Notes: generated by a model not told the origin, from the letters alone. 62,632 nucleotides of DNA, filler included, from Nemertoderma westbladi (GCA_032718475.1; 4 parts of 4 records of this genome joined end to end with filler, not necessarily neighbours in it); one strand, 5' to 3'. Shown: positions 27,077 through 39,880, counted from the first letter of the whole stretch. Program-made: numbers and translations.

Positions 27077-27599
27077 CTGCAAAATTAATAATCATTTTAC
27101 ATACAGTATTTTTCTAACAAATTTCCTAGAAACACCGGGAACGACAAGCTTCCTGCGTATTTTTTTCAAACTATACAATTAAACAGAACAAATAAATTTG
27201 ATATTGTCCCGGAAACTAAATTAATGATATTTTTGTAAAGTGGCCGACAGCCAAGTTGCCGTAATACCTACCGGTACGGTAGCGCGAACCCAGCTTGATG
27301 GCGAAAGCGATACTACAGTAAAGTGCCTTCGTTATTATTTTTAAAGCGCAACTGGAAATAGCCATGTTGTAGTGTAGTACAGCGGTAGATGGTAGCGCTG
27401 TGCAGTATAGGTATTTGTAACACGGACCTAAAGTCTCAAATTAAAAATTCCCGGGGCGTTTTTTTTTTGCATGTCTACAATTTTCGAACAAAACAAGATA
27501 AACTCAAAGTACTTTAAATAGTTATGTTTCTCGTATATTTATATTTATATATATAATATATTTCATTTTTATTATTATATTATATTTATTTTTATATAA

Positions 27600-27885
27600 T
27601 ACGGGGCGAGCGACGAAAGTAAGCGAGCTTAACATACGGGCACCACTAACTTAATCGGTGTGTCTGTTGATCTGTTGTTCTGTTGCTCTGTTGATGTGCT
27701 GTGTCCAATTTTAAACGTTAATAACTCAGCCAAATCTCGATATAATATATCCAAACTTGGTACATACTGTATGTAGTCTGGCAAAAGTTTAGAAATTTTC
27801 CAAGTTGAATTTGCGCAGCATCTTCGTGCAGCATCTGTGTAACTGTCTTGCAGTTATAATAAATTTATTTACCCAAAAATTATTA
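27600..27885 (+). mobile_element. DINE/Helentron-associated-like repeat fragment
   Basis: GC-rich start cggggcgagcg, (ctgtt)n microsatellite, body homologous to 11730-11930 in the opposite orientation. Confidence 0.55.
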
Positions 27886-27951
27886 GGCTTGGCATCAGCT
27901 GGTTGCTAGGAGACTGCATGATATATCAGATGGGCTTGAAATTCAGCAATA

Positions 27952-28881
27952 CCGGTGTCACAAGGAAATCAGCCCCCCCTAGAATATGCCCCCCGGGGCA
28001 TTATTTCCTAGGATATTATGTCCCCCCGGGCAATTTTTCCTAGGAAATTTAGCCCGGGGGGGCATTTTCTCCTTAGGAAATAATGCCTCCCCTCAGGAAA
28101 ATTAGCCCCCCTCAAAAGTCTGAAAACTGGTACGATACCGGTCTGCTGGTAGCCACTTGTAATCTACCAACTGCAGAACTTGTAATAGTTGGAAGAATAG
28201 TACATAGTACGGTACCGGTCTGCCGGTAGGTAAGCAGGTAAGGCAGTAAGGGCGAAGGGATGTAGAACAGCATTGAAGTATCTAAGTCAGTAGGCTACTG
28301 TAGTAACTATTGGTATAACAGCAGTGCGAGTGTGTGGTGTTGTGTGGGCGCCGAGCAGCTCCAAGCTTTTTTAAGTCTGTAACCTGCTCCTTTCCCTGAT
28401 TTGGTAAAGTGATTGTTTATTGTTTTGGTTAGAAAATCCCGCCTCTGTAACCTGCTCCTTTCTCTCAATTGGTAATGTTATCGTTTATTGTTTTGGTTAG
28501 AAAATCCCGTCTCTGTAACCTGCTCCTTTCCCTGATTTGCTAAAGTGACTGTTTATTGTTTTGTTTAGAAAATCCCGCCTCTGTAACCTGCTCCTTTCCC
28601 TCAATTAGTTAAATGATCGTTTATTGTTTTGGTTAGAAAGGCCTGCCTCTGTAACCTGCTCCTTTCCTTCATTTGGTAAAGTTTTAGTAGTTAGTTTTAG
28701 TAGTAAGTTTTAGTAGTAATACTGTAATAAGTTTTGTTTATTGTATAATTCAGGGGGGGCATAATTTCCTAAGGGGGGGCATTTTTTCCTAGGGAAATTT
28801 GCCCGGGGGGGCATTTTTTCCTAGGAAAATATGCCCCCCCGGGCACATTTCCCGGGGGGGCATATTTTCCTGTTACACCGG
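27952..28881. mobile_element. Non-autonomous TIR element, CCGG termini, TA TSD, repetitive G/C-run subterminal arms
   Basis: ta|ccggtgtcacaaggaaat ... attttcctgttacaccgg|ta. Mirrored cctagga/(C)n(G)n arrays and an internal 68-bp tandem repeat at 28377-28680. Confidence 0.82.
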
Positions 28882-29289
28882 TACAATGCAGCAATAATGT
28901 GGCCTTGGCTGCTTGGGAAGTGTGGTAGGCCTATTTAAGTTTCATCAGCCATTCCAGCATTTCCAGGTTGCAGAGTTCAGAGTATTCAGTTATTCGCGAC
29001 TATTCAGCCATATCATGTACCGGTACGGTACCTTAATCAGATTAAACATATGTTTTACAGTACGGTACCGGTACTGTTACAGTGGTACTGGTACAGAGTT
29101 ACCGGTACCGTCTTCAGACTTCAGGTCGTTGGCGCCACCCACCAATTGGCTCGGCAAAGGCAACCATGCAGCCATGGAAGTTTTGAAATTATGCGGACTT
29201 AAGACTGACTGACATATTGTTAGTTTGTACGAGCTGACCTTTATTCCATGTTCCAGTATCCACTACTGCACTAGGTACCCTAACACGGC

Positions 29290-29500
29290 CAACAGCCCAA
29301 TACTGCAATACCCAGCAACGTTTTGGAATTGTACCGGTACTCAAACAACTCGCCATCAAGGCCACCGCCTCTGTCTGCCGCAGTGTCGTTGGAGACCTCG
29401 ACTTTTGGTATATCGCTACTGCGCTCGCGCTATGGGCAAACTGGACTAACCGATGAGCGAGACCCGAGGACTGAAGAATGCATTGAATTTTTTGAGTAGT
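29290..29500 (+). pseudogene. hAT transposase C-terminal dimerisation domain remnant
   Basis: Across frameshifts reads PATFW / PVLKQLAIK / PPLSAAVS..E..TFG...TGLTDER, resembling the hATC pattern FW..yP.L..LA...PaSSa.sER.FS...rL.de. Confidence 0.5.
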
Positions 29501-29830
29501 TTGACTGTGGACTTCTATGACATCGATGCCAAGCTGCCAATGCGAAAATTTTTTTTAAGTAAAAGAGTGGTTAAATTTTCTTAATTATTTATTTAAATTT
29601 CTTAAGTACCGATTTTGGGATAGAATTGCTCAATTTTAATCTGTATCTAATAACTGAGCCTCTTCCTGGGGGATGGCCAATAACTGAGCCTCTTCCTGGG
29701 GGATGGCCCCACGAACGTGTTCGTTAGTGTAACAAAAAGCACACTAGGGCCTACTCGAATAGGAATACTTTAAACCTTTACAGACACACAAGAATATAAA
29801 ATAGACAATAGACATTACAGCATACTCACT

Positions 29831-31625
29831 GGTTATATTGCAAAATATTGAGACATGAAAAATATCGAGAGTAAAAATAACGGGAGTAAAAACATCGAGT
29901 GTTGAAAAATAACGATAATATCGAGAGTTCAAAAAATGTCGAGAGTAAAAATATCGAGGGTAAAAATATCGAGAGTGAAAATACCGAGTGTTGAAAAATA
30001 TCTCTCGAGAGTAAAAATATCGAGAGTAAAAATATCGAGAGTAAAAATATCGAGTGTTGAAAAATATCGAGAGTAAAAATATCGAGTGTTGAAAAATATC
30101 GAGAGTAAAAATATCGAGTGTTGAAAAAAATCGAGAGTAAAAATATCGAGTGTTGAAAAATATCGAGAGTAAAAATATCGAGTGTTGAAAAATATCGAGA
30201 GTAAAAATATCGAGTGTTGAAAAATATCGAGAGTAAAAATATCGAGTGTTGAAAAATATCGAGTGTTGAAAAATATCGAGTGTTGAAAAATATCGAGAGT
30301 AAAAATATCGAGTGTTGAAAAATATAGAGTGTTGAAAAATATCGAGAGTAAAAATATCGATTAAATAAGGGTTGTATGATAATTTTTTTTACTAAAAATG
30401 TTCTACAAACAACAATATTTATCAACATTTGGTAGCTTATACAGTACGTGTTCTAATATAATATTTAACAATATTTATAATATTTAACAATATTTATAAT
30501 ATTTAACAATATTTATAATATTTATCAAAATTTATAGCTAGAACTTCTTTTATATTTATTAAAAAATAGCAAAAACTAGCTAGTATACCGTAATAAATCT
30601 GGTAAATGGGTACACAAGGTGTATTTCATAATGCCATTCACTTGCACTTGCACTGTTGTAACCCACTGCAATATTGTTCCATAATTCTAAATAAATTGCT
30701 CAAGCAAAATGCAATATTTTTACTCTCGATATTTTTCAACACTCGATATTTTTCAACACTCGATATTTTTCAACACTCGATATTTTTACTCTCGATATTT
30801 TTCAACACTCGATATTTTTACTCTCGATATTTTTACTCTCGATATTTTTCAACACTCGATATTTTTACTCTCGATATTTTTACTCTCGATATTTTTCAAC
30901 ACTCTATATTTTTCAACACTCGATATTTTTACTCTCGATATTTTTCAACACTCGATATTTTTACTCTCGATATTTTTCAACACTCGTTATTTTCGATATT
31001 TTTCATCTCGCGTTATTTTTACTCTCGATATTTTTTAATCAAGTTAATTTTCAACACTCGTTATTTTTACTCTCGATATTTTTTAATCAAGTTAATTTTC
31101 AACACTCGTTATTTTTACTCTCGATATTTTTCAACACTCTATATTTTTCAACACTCGATATTTTTACTCTCGATATTTTTCAACACTCGATATTTTTACT
31201 CTCGATATTTTTCAACACTCGTTATTTTCGATATTTTTCATCTCGCGTTATTTTTACTCTCGATATTTTATAATCAAGTTAATTTTCAACACTCGTTATT
31301 TTTACTCTCGATATTTTTTAATCAAGTTAATTTTCAACACTCGTTATTTTTACTCTCGATATTTTTACTCTCGATATTTTTCAACACTCTATATTTTTCA
31401 ACACTCGATATTTTTACTCTCGATATTTTTCAACACTCGATATTTTTACTCTCGATATTTTTCAACACTCGTTATTTTCGATATTTTTCATCTCGCGTTA
31501 TTTTTACTCTCGATATTTTTTAATCAAGTTAATTTTCAACACTCGTTATTTTTACTCTCGATATTTTTACTCTCGTTATTTTTACTCTCGATATTTTTCA
31601 AGTCTCGATATTTTTAACCATTACC
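29831..31625. mobile_element. Foldback element with internally repetitive 15/16-bp inverted arms and 8-bp TSD
   Basis: Left arm (aaaaatatcgagagt / aaaaatatcgagtgttg)n at 29831-30360, inverted right arm at about 30715-31625, GG..CC termini, TSD tactcact at 29823-29830 and 31626-31633. Confidence 0.88.
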
Positions 31626-31676
31626 TACTCACTACCTTGGTTAATGTAACTATAGTACAGTAAGCACACAACTCAC

Positions 31677-31836
31677 TGTTCTCTAGAAATAAATCTCTAA
31701 GCTCGTAGGACATTAGCGGATGCCTCATCAATTTAAGACTATCACCGTAGATAGAAGAACACACATGGTTTATAATACTGGGTATTGTTTTACCGTGAAG
31801 TGCCGCCTTAAAATCCAATATATCACCACAACCATT
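31677..31836 (-). CDS. C16orf89: C16orf89-like exon 5
   Basis: tttcag| ... |gtgagt, phase 0 to 1. NGCG...VCSSIY...RDLFLEN matches the family RDxFxE motif. Confidence 0.88.
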
Positions 31837-32512
31837 CTGAAATAATAAAACTTTAATGTTGACAATAAAATCCATATAATATACTGTATAATACATAGGC
31901 CTATATTCCATAGACTGCCAGTAGTATCAACTCCCCACTGTTTAACATGTTCCAGATTGTTGTGTAGGCCTACTAATTAACTGGAAAAAATGGTTTTGCA
32001 ATGCAAGCTTTTAATGATACATAAAAATGAACTACAGCTGAAATAAAGGCTTTCAAATAATTTATAAGTCCCTCGAGGCTTACAATTCTATTTAATAATT
32101 TCTCAATGTTCTAGAAACTTTCGTTTATGTATGTGAAGCTACGCAATATAGATATTGTACAGGCATGCAGTTGTTGCAAACCTACTCATGAGATATCATA
32201 AATATTTGGTTCCAAAATATTAGTATATTCATTGAATATAATACAGTATATTGAATCCAGGGTACGAGAATTAATGTTAAGAATGGCCACAATACACGGT
32301 GCAATTTCACAAAATATAATGTTGTTATCAAGCCAAGCGTTTATTGAAAATATTTTATTGCAAAATCGAAAACTAGTTTTATGTTTCAAATTTCACGAAA
32401 TATGTTAAGATTTGTAGAAAATATTATGTATTGTAATATTAATTAGAAAATGACACTATATTACGGGTCTGTTGTAATTAGGCGCTACAGTATGTACGAC
32501 AGGCCTACTGAC

Positions 32513-32621
32513 CTGAATGGCGACCATCAAGTATAGTATTTGGTGCGTTGCTTGGTAACCATGTGCATTAGTGCCTGTCATCATATTCCAACAAAATTCT
32601 GTTATCGTGCAACGGTGGTAT
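32513..32621 (-). CDS. C16orf89: C16orf89-like exon 4 (not in ORF track)
   Basis: ttttag| ... |gtcagt, phase 2 to 0. YHRCTITEFCWNMMTGTNAHGYQATHQILYLMVAIQ contains the family C..C..GY..THQ.LY motif. Confidence 0.88.
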
Positions 32622-32858
32622 CTAAAATGATAAGAAGCCCATCATTTAGGCCTACTTTACTTATGTTTATTCATTATCCGGTACGTGTACTGCATCGACT
32701 ATATTTATTAAAAGACGCAGGTGAATAACATAATATATAGGCCAGTGCGTGCACCACAAATAATTTAGGGGGTATAGATCCGAGGGTGGTTATTCATCTA
32801 GACACATGTGATGTATATACCATATTTTCTCCTTTTACATTTCTCTTTGTAGTTTCCT

Positions 32859-33062
32859 CCCATGTGAAGAATACTAGGTTTTTATAAAAACCCAGGTTAC
32901 AGAAGGGCTGAATCTAACCAAAACAATAAACAATAAATTAGCACTCAGTATACAGGCTACAAAAGACTTAATAATAGGAGATTTAAAAAAATTCAAATTC
33001 TTCATATATAAAATTGCTATAGAATTTCGGCGGAATAGTGAATACCTGGTATTCTTCACATC
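32859..33062. mobile_element. Second copy of the CCC-terminus MITE
   Basis: cccatgtgaagaatactagg ... cctggtattcttcacat, with a body homologous to 20315-20541. Confidence 0.75.
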
Positions 33063-33490
33063 TGCATTGCCAGTAACATTCCACTTCTTTCGCTAACATT
33101 TCATATATCTTTTTATTTAGTCTGGGAATGTAAATAAACATATAGATTATATTCACAGGTTACTCAGGTTGAACAATGTCTCATTTGTTAAATTCGCAGA
33201 CTATATAACATATAGTACAGTATATACTCATCAATGAATATGGTGTCATCTGAAACACATGATCTCCTGCTGCCCTTAATTTCCTGACCTTCAGAAAAGG
33301 TGGAGATTGCGATTCCCGTGTATTTAAGGCAGATCAGCCTTACTGAGAGCAGTTGAAAGATGTATCTGTAATATTTCTAACTACCATTATTATGATATTA
33401 CTTCAATATTCTTACATGCATGTCTTGTTGTATTTCTACTACTGTACAGTACTTACAGACATATTTTAACAAGTGAGATTTGTGACTAAC

Positions 33491-33650
33491 CCGTTAGTCC
33501 CAATCACAGCAGATACACACTCATCCGACTTATTCTCATCAAAAGAGTGCGACTTCTTATTATATTTTGTGGTCGGTACTATTTGTAGAGGAGGTAGTAT
33601 CTGTTCGACTTTAAGCCACATATCGGTGTTATTGACAAGTGGAGCCAATC
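33491..33650 (-). CDS. C16orf89: C16orf89-like exon 3
   Basis: ttttccatag| ... |gttagt, phase 1 to 2. FDENKSDECVSAVIGT matches the family F.E..SD.C...l.GT motif. Confidence 0.88.
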
Positions 33651-34142
33651 CTATGGAAAAAGAAAAATGGAAATGATAAATATTAAGAAGTAAAATAAAG
33701 TAACTCAATTAGGACAGTCAATTCCTACATGGAGAAATATTGTTACTCTCTTTTATATATTAATTGGGCAACCGTTTAAAAACATGAATAATGATAATAT
33801 TTATTTCGATATATTTATTTGTGGGTGAAGTACAATAGCATATCATAGTGTGAAGAGAAAGGAGTTTTTTTGGTTTCTGAAGGAAGATAGTGAGTGATAG
33901 AAAATAAAGTCACGAAATAAATACTTTGTAACAATTATTTGGTTTTAACTCTTAAAATTGAAGATTTCGATACGATTGCTGATTTTATACGGCGGGGTAG
34001 CTCAGTTGGTAGAGCGCTGTGTCTCCAATCTATTGGTTGTAGGTTCGAACCCAACCTGGGTCCACTCTGCCTTTCATCCCCTTGAGACGATAAATTTAGG
34101 ACCAGTTGAATTTGAGGGAGTAAAACTTGAAATACGAGTAAG

Positions 34143-35349
34143 GCCCACCCGTACCTTCGGGTAGCAGATAGGAGTAGCGCCTACCCCTACCCTCGGGTAT
34201 CAGATATGAGTAGCGCCCACCCCTACCTTCGGGTTGCGGATAGGAGTAGCTCCCACCCCTACCTTGGGGTAGCAGATATGAGTAGCGCCCACCCCTACCT
34301 TCTGGTAGCAGATAGGAGTAGCGCCCACCCCTACCTTCGTGTAGCAGATATGAGTAGCGCCCACCCCTACCTTGGGGTAGCAGACATGAGTAGCGCCCAC
34401 CCCTACCTTCTGGTAGCAGATAGGAGTAGCGCCCACCCCTACCTTCGGGTAGCAGATAGGAGTAGCGCCCACCCCTACCTTAGCGTAGCAGATAGGAGTA
34501 GCGCCCACCCCTACCTTCGGGTAGCAGATAGGTGTAGCGCCCATCCCTACCTTCGGGTAACAGATATGAGTAGCGCCCGTCCATACCTACGGGTAGCAGA
34601 TAGGAGTAGCGCCCACCCCTACCTTCAGGTAGCAGATAGGAGTAGCGCCCACCCCTACCTTCGGGTAGCAGATAGGAGTAGCGCCCACCCCTACCTTAGC
34701 GTAGCAGATAGGAGTAGCGCCCACCCCTACCTTAGCGTAGCAGATAGGAGTAGCGCCCACCCCTACCTTCAGGTAGCAGATAGGAGTAGCGCCCACCCCT
34801 ACCTTTGGGTAGCAGATAGGAGTAGCGCCCACCCCTACCTTAGCGTAGCAGATAGGAGTAGCGCCCACCCCTACCTTAGCGTAGCAGATAGGAGTAGCGC
34901 CCACCCCTACCTTAGCATAGCAGATAGGAGTAGCGCCCACCCCTACCTTAGCGTAGCAGATAGGAGTAGCGCCCACCCCTACCTTAGCGTAGCAGATAGG
35001 AGTAGCGCCCACCCCTACCTTCAGGTAGCAGATAGGAGTAACACCCACCCCTACCTTAGCGTAGCAGATAGGAGTAGCGCCCACCCCTACCTTCGGGTAG
35101 CAGATAGGAGTAGCGCCCACCCCTACCTTAGCGTAGCAGATAGGAGTAGCGCCCACCCATACCTTCGGGTAGCAGATAGGAGTAGCGCCCACCCCTATCT
35201 TCTGGTAGCAGATAGGAGTAGCGGCCACCCCTACCTTCTGGTAGCAGATATGAGTAGCGCCCGTCCATACCTTCGGGTTGTAGATAGGAGTAGCGCCCAC
35301 CCCTACCTTCGGATAGCAGATATGAGTAGCACCTACCCCTACCTTCAGG
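34143..35349 (+). repeat. 36-bp minisatellite, ~33 copies (gtagcagataggagtagcgcccacccctaccttcgg)
   Basis: Visible tandem array. It produces the spurious 12-aa-repeat ORFs on both strands. Confidence 0.97.
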
Positions 35350-37039
35350 CGCGGATCCACAATAGGGGCGCGTGGCGCCGCGCACCATAGATTTTTTGAG
35401 AAAGAAAATAAAAAGAGTAAGATAAAAATATTTTTTTTGATTTACTATATTGATAGTTACGCTAAAACATAAAAAAGACGACTTGCTAACGGCTAACCCA
35501 AAGCGGAATCCACATTCATTAACCACAACTTCCATCTCCATACCATCACCATCCCCAAGTTAAAATCACTGTAAGCCTTCCCAAGGGCGCGCTCCATGTA
35601 GGTGGGATGGGGGGGGGGGGGGGGTGGGGAGGGGTATCACCTTAGCGCTATAGGGGCTGTTGCGCTGTCAGTTAGAGAGGTAACAGCCCATGGGGTAAGG
35701 ATTTACCCATGGGGCGCTAACTATCAGATAGTCTGATACCAACTGTCAGACAGTCTTTTTCAACTATCAGATAGATGATCGCCCAGTTACAAGTTGCCCG
35801 AGTAGTTGTATTTTTTAAACCCCGAGTGTTGTTGACGGAGTCTGTTACTTCCGAAATCGTTGATCGTGGTGCCGGTGCCGGAATTCTGGCTTTGATTAAA
35901 AACACTGAACTGCTGAACGATGGCGGAATCTACGAAACCCGGCCGGATTCTCTAATCCGAGGAGGCGACGGAGTCAATTAAACGTAAACAATGAAACAAT
36001 CGCGATGGACAATGGAGTCTATTCAATGTATCCAGAACGATACGATGGCGACGGAGTCTATTACAGTATTAAACACGCAACCAAAGCGATCAGACGATGG
36101 CGAAGTAATCTACAAAACAGAGAACGACAGGAAGGCGATGGAGTTTATTAAACCCAGTAAGATGGTGCATAGCGCAGCGATCGAGATGGATAACGGAGTC
36201 TATTACAGTATTAAACCTGGAACGAAGACGGTGGAATCTATAGGCCTAAACCTGGAACAATGCGAACAAGGCTACTGTAAAGTTAGACTAGACTGGTTTG
36301 TGAGATTAACTTGCCAATACTAACTCAATACAATTTGCTTTCTTCGAATTCCTAATAATATATTTTAATCTTAATAATAATTATTCAACATCAATTATTT
36401 TATAAGTCTTGTCAATGTAATAAGATTGCTAAAGACTAAAGAGCTAACTTTAGGATAATCTGCCTTATATTTTTAGAATTATTATAATTAATTTTGTTAT
36501 GTTTATAATGAATTGTATCTTTTGACAGACTACTTGATGCGCGACCGTGATAATAAAATTAAATGGTGCCGAAATATTTTCACTTAACTGCAGGTAGGGG
36601 GGGGGGGGGGGCAATCAATATTCTTCCCTCTCCAGGTGAAAATCGACGCAAATAACAGCTTGTTTACTACTAAAATAAAACTGCATCCTGTTCTATAGGA
36701 AAAAACATTATAGGGGAAACTTTAGCAAGTTGTGTTTATTTTAACCGATAGACAAGATTACATGTTTACCAAGTTTGGTATAATTTAGTCAAAGATTGAA
36801 TGAGTTACGATTTAAAATTATCAGTGGAGGGTGAAGGCGGTGGGCCAGGATTCAGTTATACTTGAATAAAGAATAGTGATTAAAACAAGGGATACGCGAT
36901 ATATGACACTGCTGTATAAGTTCATTGAATGACTGTTGATTTCGAAACATTTAATTCAAAACTATATAAATGTTAATATAATGTTGGATTTTTTTTTTGT
37001 AATAATTAACAAATGAATTATATTTCATTAATCCACCGT

Positions 37040-37235
37040 CCACCCCTACCTTCGGGTAGCAGATAGGAGTAGCGCCCACCCCTACCTTCAGGTAGCAGAT
37101 AGGAGTAACACCCACCCCTACCTTAGCGTAGCAGATAGGAGTAGCGCCCACCCCTACATTCGGGTAGCAGATATGAGTAGCGTCCACCCCTACCTTTGGG
37201 TAGCAGATAGGAGTAGCGCCCACCCCTACCTTCGC
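37040..37235 (+). repeat. Continuation of the 36-bp minisatellite, ~5 copies
   Basis: Same unit and orientation as 34143-35349. Confidence 0.95.
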
Positions 37236-37389
37236 ACCTTCGAGTAGTCAGCTATCGAAAGAGGAGCCCTCGGGTCGCCTCCGTCTTCGGTCGACTGTTT
37301 GCTTGCTTGATAATTATGAACAGCATAAAAGTTAAACATGAAAGTTACACGATTATTGTTCAGAATAATTTGTTTCAAATTCCGCTCAC

Positions 37390-37527
37390 CTTTATAGTAA
37401 TTTGGCGCGTTCTTCACAACGACAGGTAACAATTTATCCACAGTATCATCTATATCAGTTACTAACGCAGCTAAGGAACTGGCTACCTTCGCGTCATTCA
37501 CCTTGTCATAAATCCCAGAAAGTTCTC
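37390..37527 (-). CDS. C16orf89: C16orf89-like exon 2
   Basis: ttttcacgcag| ... |gtgagc, 138 nt, phase 1 to 1. GELSGIYDKVNDAK...APNYYK. Confidence 0.85.
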
Positions 37528-38965
37528 CTGCGTGAAAATAATAATACAGTTCAAACGAAAACAGTAAAGATTACTTTCGTGAATATATTATTTTTGTTAG
37601 GAATTGCATATCATTTAATATGATATGCATTAAATAAGTTGAATATTTAGTAATTCATGGCATATCGTTTCAATCTCGAGTTATTGAAAGGGGTTGTTTG
37701 TTGTTTTCATATTTATAAAAATAATATACTGACGAGGTTTTATTGAGCGACTCACACTAAGTGGTAAGTCGTTAGACAGGTCAGGCTGTTACCATCCTTT
37801 TACTCAGCACTTTAGTACAGGTAGTCACTGGGAACGCCTAATGCACTCGATAAAAGAGTAACAGAGATGGGCTTTTATAGTACTATTTGTACTGTACAAT
37901 GTAGATTAATTGTAAACAATTAACTATTTATTACAAAGAAAACAAATATGCTTTCCGCTGACACTGAGGTGCAATAAAGGAAATAAGCTGTTTGTTTTTC
38001 ATGTAATACGTAATTTTATTCTACGAAATCTCCTTTCACCTCGCCTTTACGCCTTTCAAACTTCCCATTACTCGCTGAACAATAGTCCTGCGTAGAAGAG
38101 GATATCACATTCGCCATATGTGTGGTGTGTCTGGTAGCACCAAGAACAGACAGAATGTCGACTTGAGAGTGAGGAAAAAGTGGTGCGCAGCCCTCCCTTA
38201 AATACCTTCTCAAGAAGGGATCTATTTGGGTAGCCAAGGAGACTGCTGAGTGGCCAGTTAGTTTGTCACTTTTTGATCCAAAAGGTGGGAACACTCTCGC
38301 TAGGGGTGTGTTACCAATAGAGTGCTGTAAAGATAGCAGATTACTTTTCGATCTGAAAGGGTGAAGCTTCCCTCTAGGGGCACATATAAAGTGTTAAAGA
38401 AAAACTGTTGAATTTAGCTGTTAGGTCCATCGACAACCTGGCGATTATTTACAATGTTAATGGTTGAACTAACAAGTTATATATACAGTACGTACCGTTT
38501 AGTATAATTAACCTTTCCTGTTATAAACTCGTTGTTCAGTGTAAACATAATTTATATCTAAAAATCCTCTATTTTCTCACTTAATTTTGTAGAAAACCAT
38601 GCATTTGCTAAACACAATTATTACATTCTAAAGTTTAATTTTGTGATAGAAAATCGTTGTATTACTAAAGTTATTTTTAAAATGTGCAAAAAGCCAGCTC
38701 AGCTGCCACACCTCTGACCTTTAAGTAAAAAAAGAGATCTCCATGGCAAATTTGACTCACATGAAAAATTTTGGTTTATTGTTTTGGTTAGAAAATAACG
38801 CCACCGTAACCTGTTCCTTTCCCTTAACGTTTTAAATTAAATTAAGAATTTAAACCCACTAAACTCATATTTGGTGTCCGCAGTCATTTTAAGTGCCATT
38901 AACTCCTTCAATATATATTGTGGGTTTTGTTCTTGGCAATTTAATTCTGATCAACTCCAACTTAC

Positions 38966-39170
38966 CTTGTGCTGCCCGTAGTCCTATGATACCATCCACA
39001 ATAAGTTGCTCTCCATGATTATTTGTATATTGTACCAGCCTATCAAGGGCATCAATAACAATGGCCGCGAGATTATTATCTACGGGGGCATAGCCTTCCT
39101 GAGATAAACAACGATTACTTGCTAACAATAGCAAAAACCACCATACTATCTTAGTCAATAATATTACCAT
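38966..39170 (-). CDS. C16orf89: C16orf89-like exon 1 (signal peptide). Spliced CDS 205+138+160+109+160+269 = 1041 nt, 346 aa
   Basis: ATG, hydrophobic signal peptide, DALDRLVQY...LIVDGIIGLRAAQG (family N-terminal LDG..G.R motif), donor |gtaagt. All exon phases join in frame. Confidence 0.88.
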
Positions 39171-39499
39171 ATCAACAATTAATTATAAGTTTTCTAATTA
39201 TCACCTTTACCTAAACTTCAATTAAAACTGAAGTATATTTCTTAGACAATGATAATTATTAGTTGCTATAAGATAGGCTTATTAGAACAGGAAATTTAAT
39301 GACTTGAATGTTTACAGCATGTTTATTACATTAATGGGTATTAATAATAACTATTTATTTCATTGTAAATAATAATGTTGCAGTATTATATTCATCGAAT
39401 TTAATGTAGTAAGTATCCTATAGTGACACAAAAATAGCAAACCTGCATACAGTTTCTTTCACACTTAACTATTCTGAAATCGAATCTGGAAGAATCTGG

Positions 39500-39880
39500 A
39501 AAGGGAACTGCAGGTGTAGAACCCACGACCTTTGGAGTGGTGTGAATGCAAGACAATGGATTCAACCGCTACAATGCACAGAAAATATCGAATATACTTG
39601 TATTAGAACACGATTCGTAGAAAATGTCCAAATAATACTTACACTTTATACTGTTGTTACGTTCAATATGCTCAAAGTAACAATAAACACAATATTGCAA
39701 TGTTCTAGATACGAACAAGGGCGAAATCGCCCAAAGGTCCGCGTCTACTAACGCAGGTGCTGTCTCCTTGAATGGCACTTAACAATCTTACTAACAGAAA
39801 ACTTCAACGGAATGTGGGGATTGAACTAGGGACCTAGAGATTCCAAGTACCACGCCCTACCAAGTGATCCACTTCGCGCC
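39500..39880 (-). mobile_element. Two degenerate tRNA-like SINE heads
   Basis: Minus strand: gtggatcacttggtagggcg...agttcaatccc (about 39810-39880) and tgtagcggtt...gggttctacacc (about 39500-39578). Confidence 0.45.

Larger units (their letters stand above)
33991..37309 (+). mobile_element. tRNA-derived SINE expanded by an internal 36-bp minisatellite and split by a ~1.7-kb insertion
   Basis: tRNA-like head at 33991-34063 (tagctcagttggtagagc, ggttcgaacc), SINE body ctctgcctttcatcccc..gataaa..accag, 36-nt arrays, then a hairpin-forming tail gaggagccctcgggtcgcctcc and (gctt)n. Confidence 0.72.

Noticed and set aside
29826-31523. 200-305-aa F/I/S-rich ORFs
   Set aside because: Translations of the foldback element's 15/16-bp repeats.
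33991-34063. tRNA gene
   Set aside because: A and B boxes are present but the anticodon and acceptor stems pair poorly and the sequence runs into a SINE body, so it is a SINE head.
34200-35390. 394-aa and 257-aa repeat proteins (RSSAHPYLRVAD / VGVGATPICYPK)
   Set aside because: By-products of a stop-free 36-bp minisatellite inside an intron, open on both strands.
38016-38400. Extra C16orf89-like exon or gene in intron 1
   Set aside because: Exons 1 and 2 already join in frame and the region has no recognisable motif. Probably decayed repeat.
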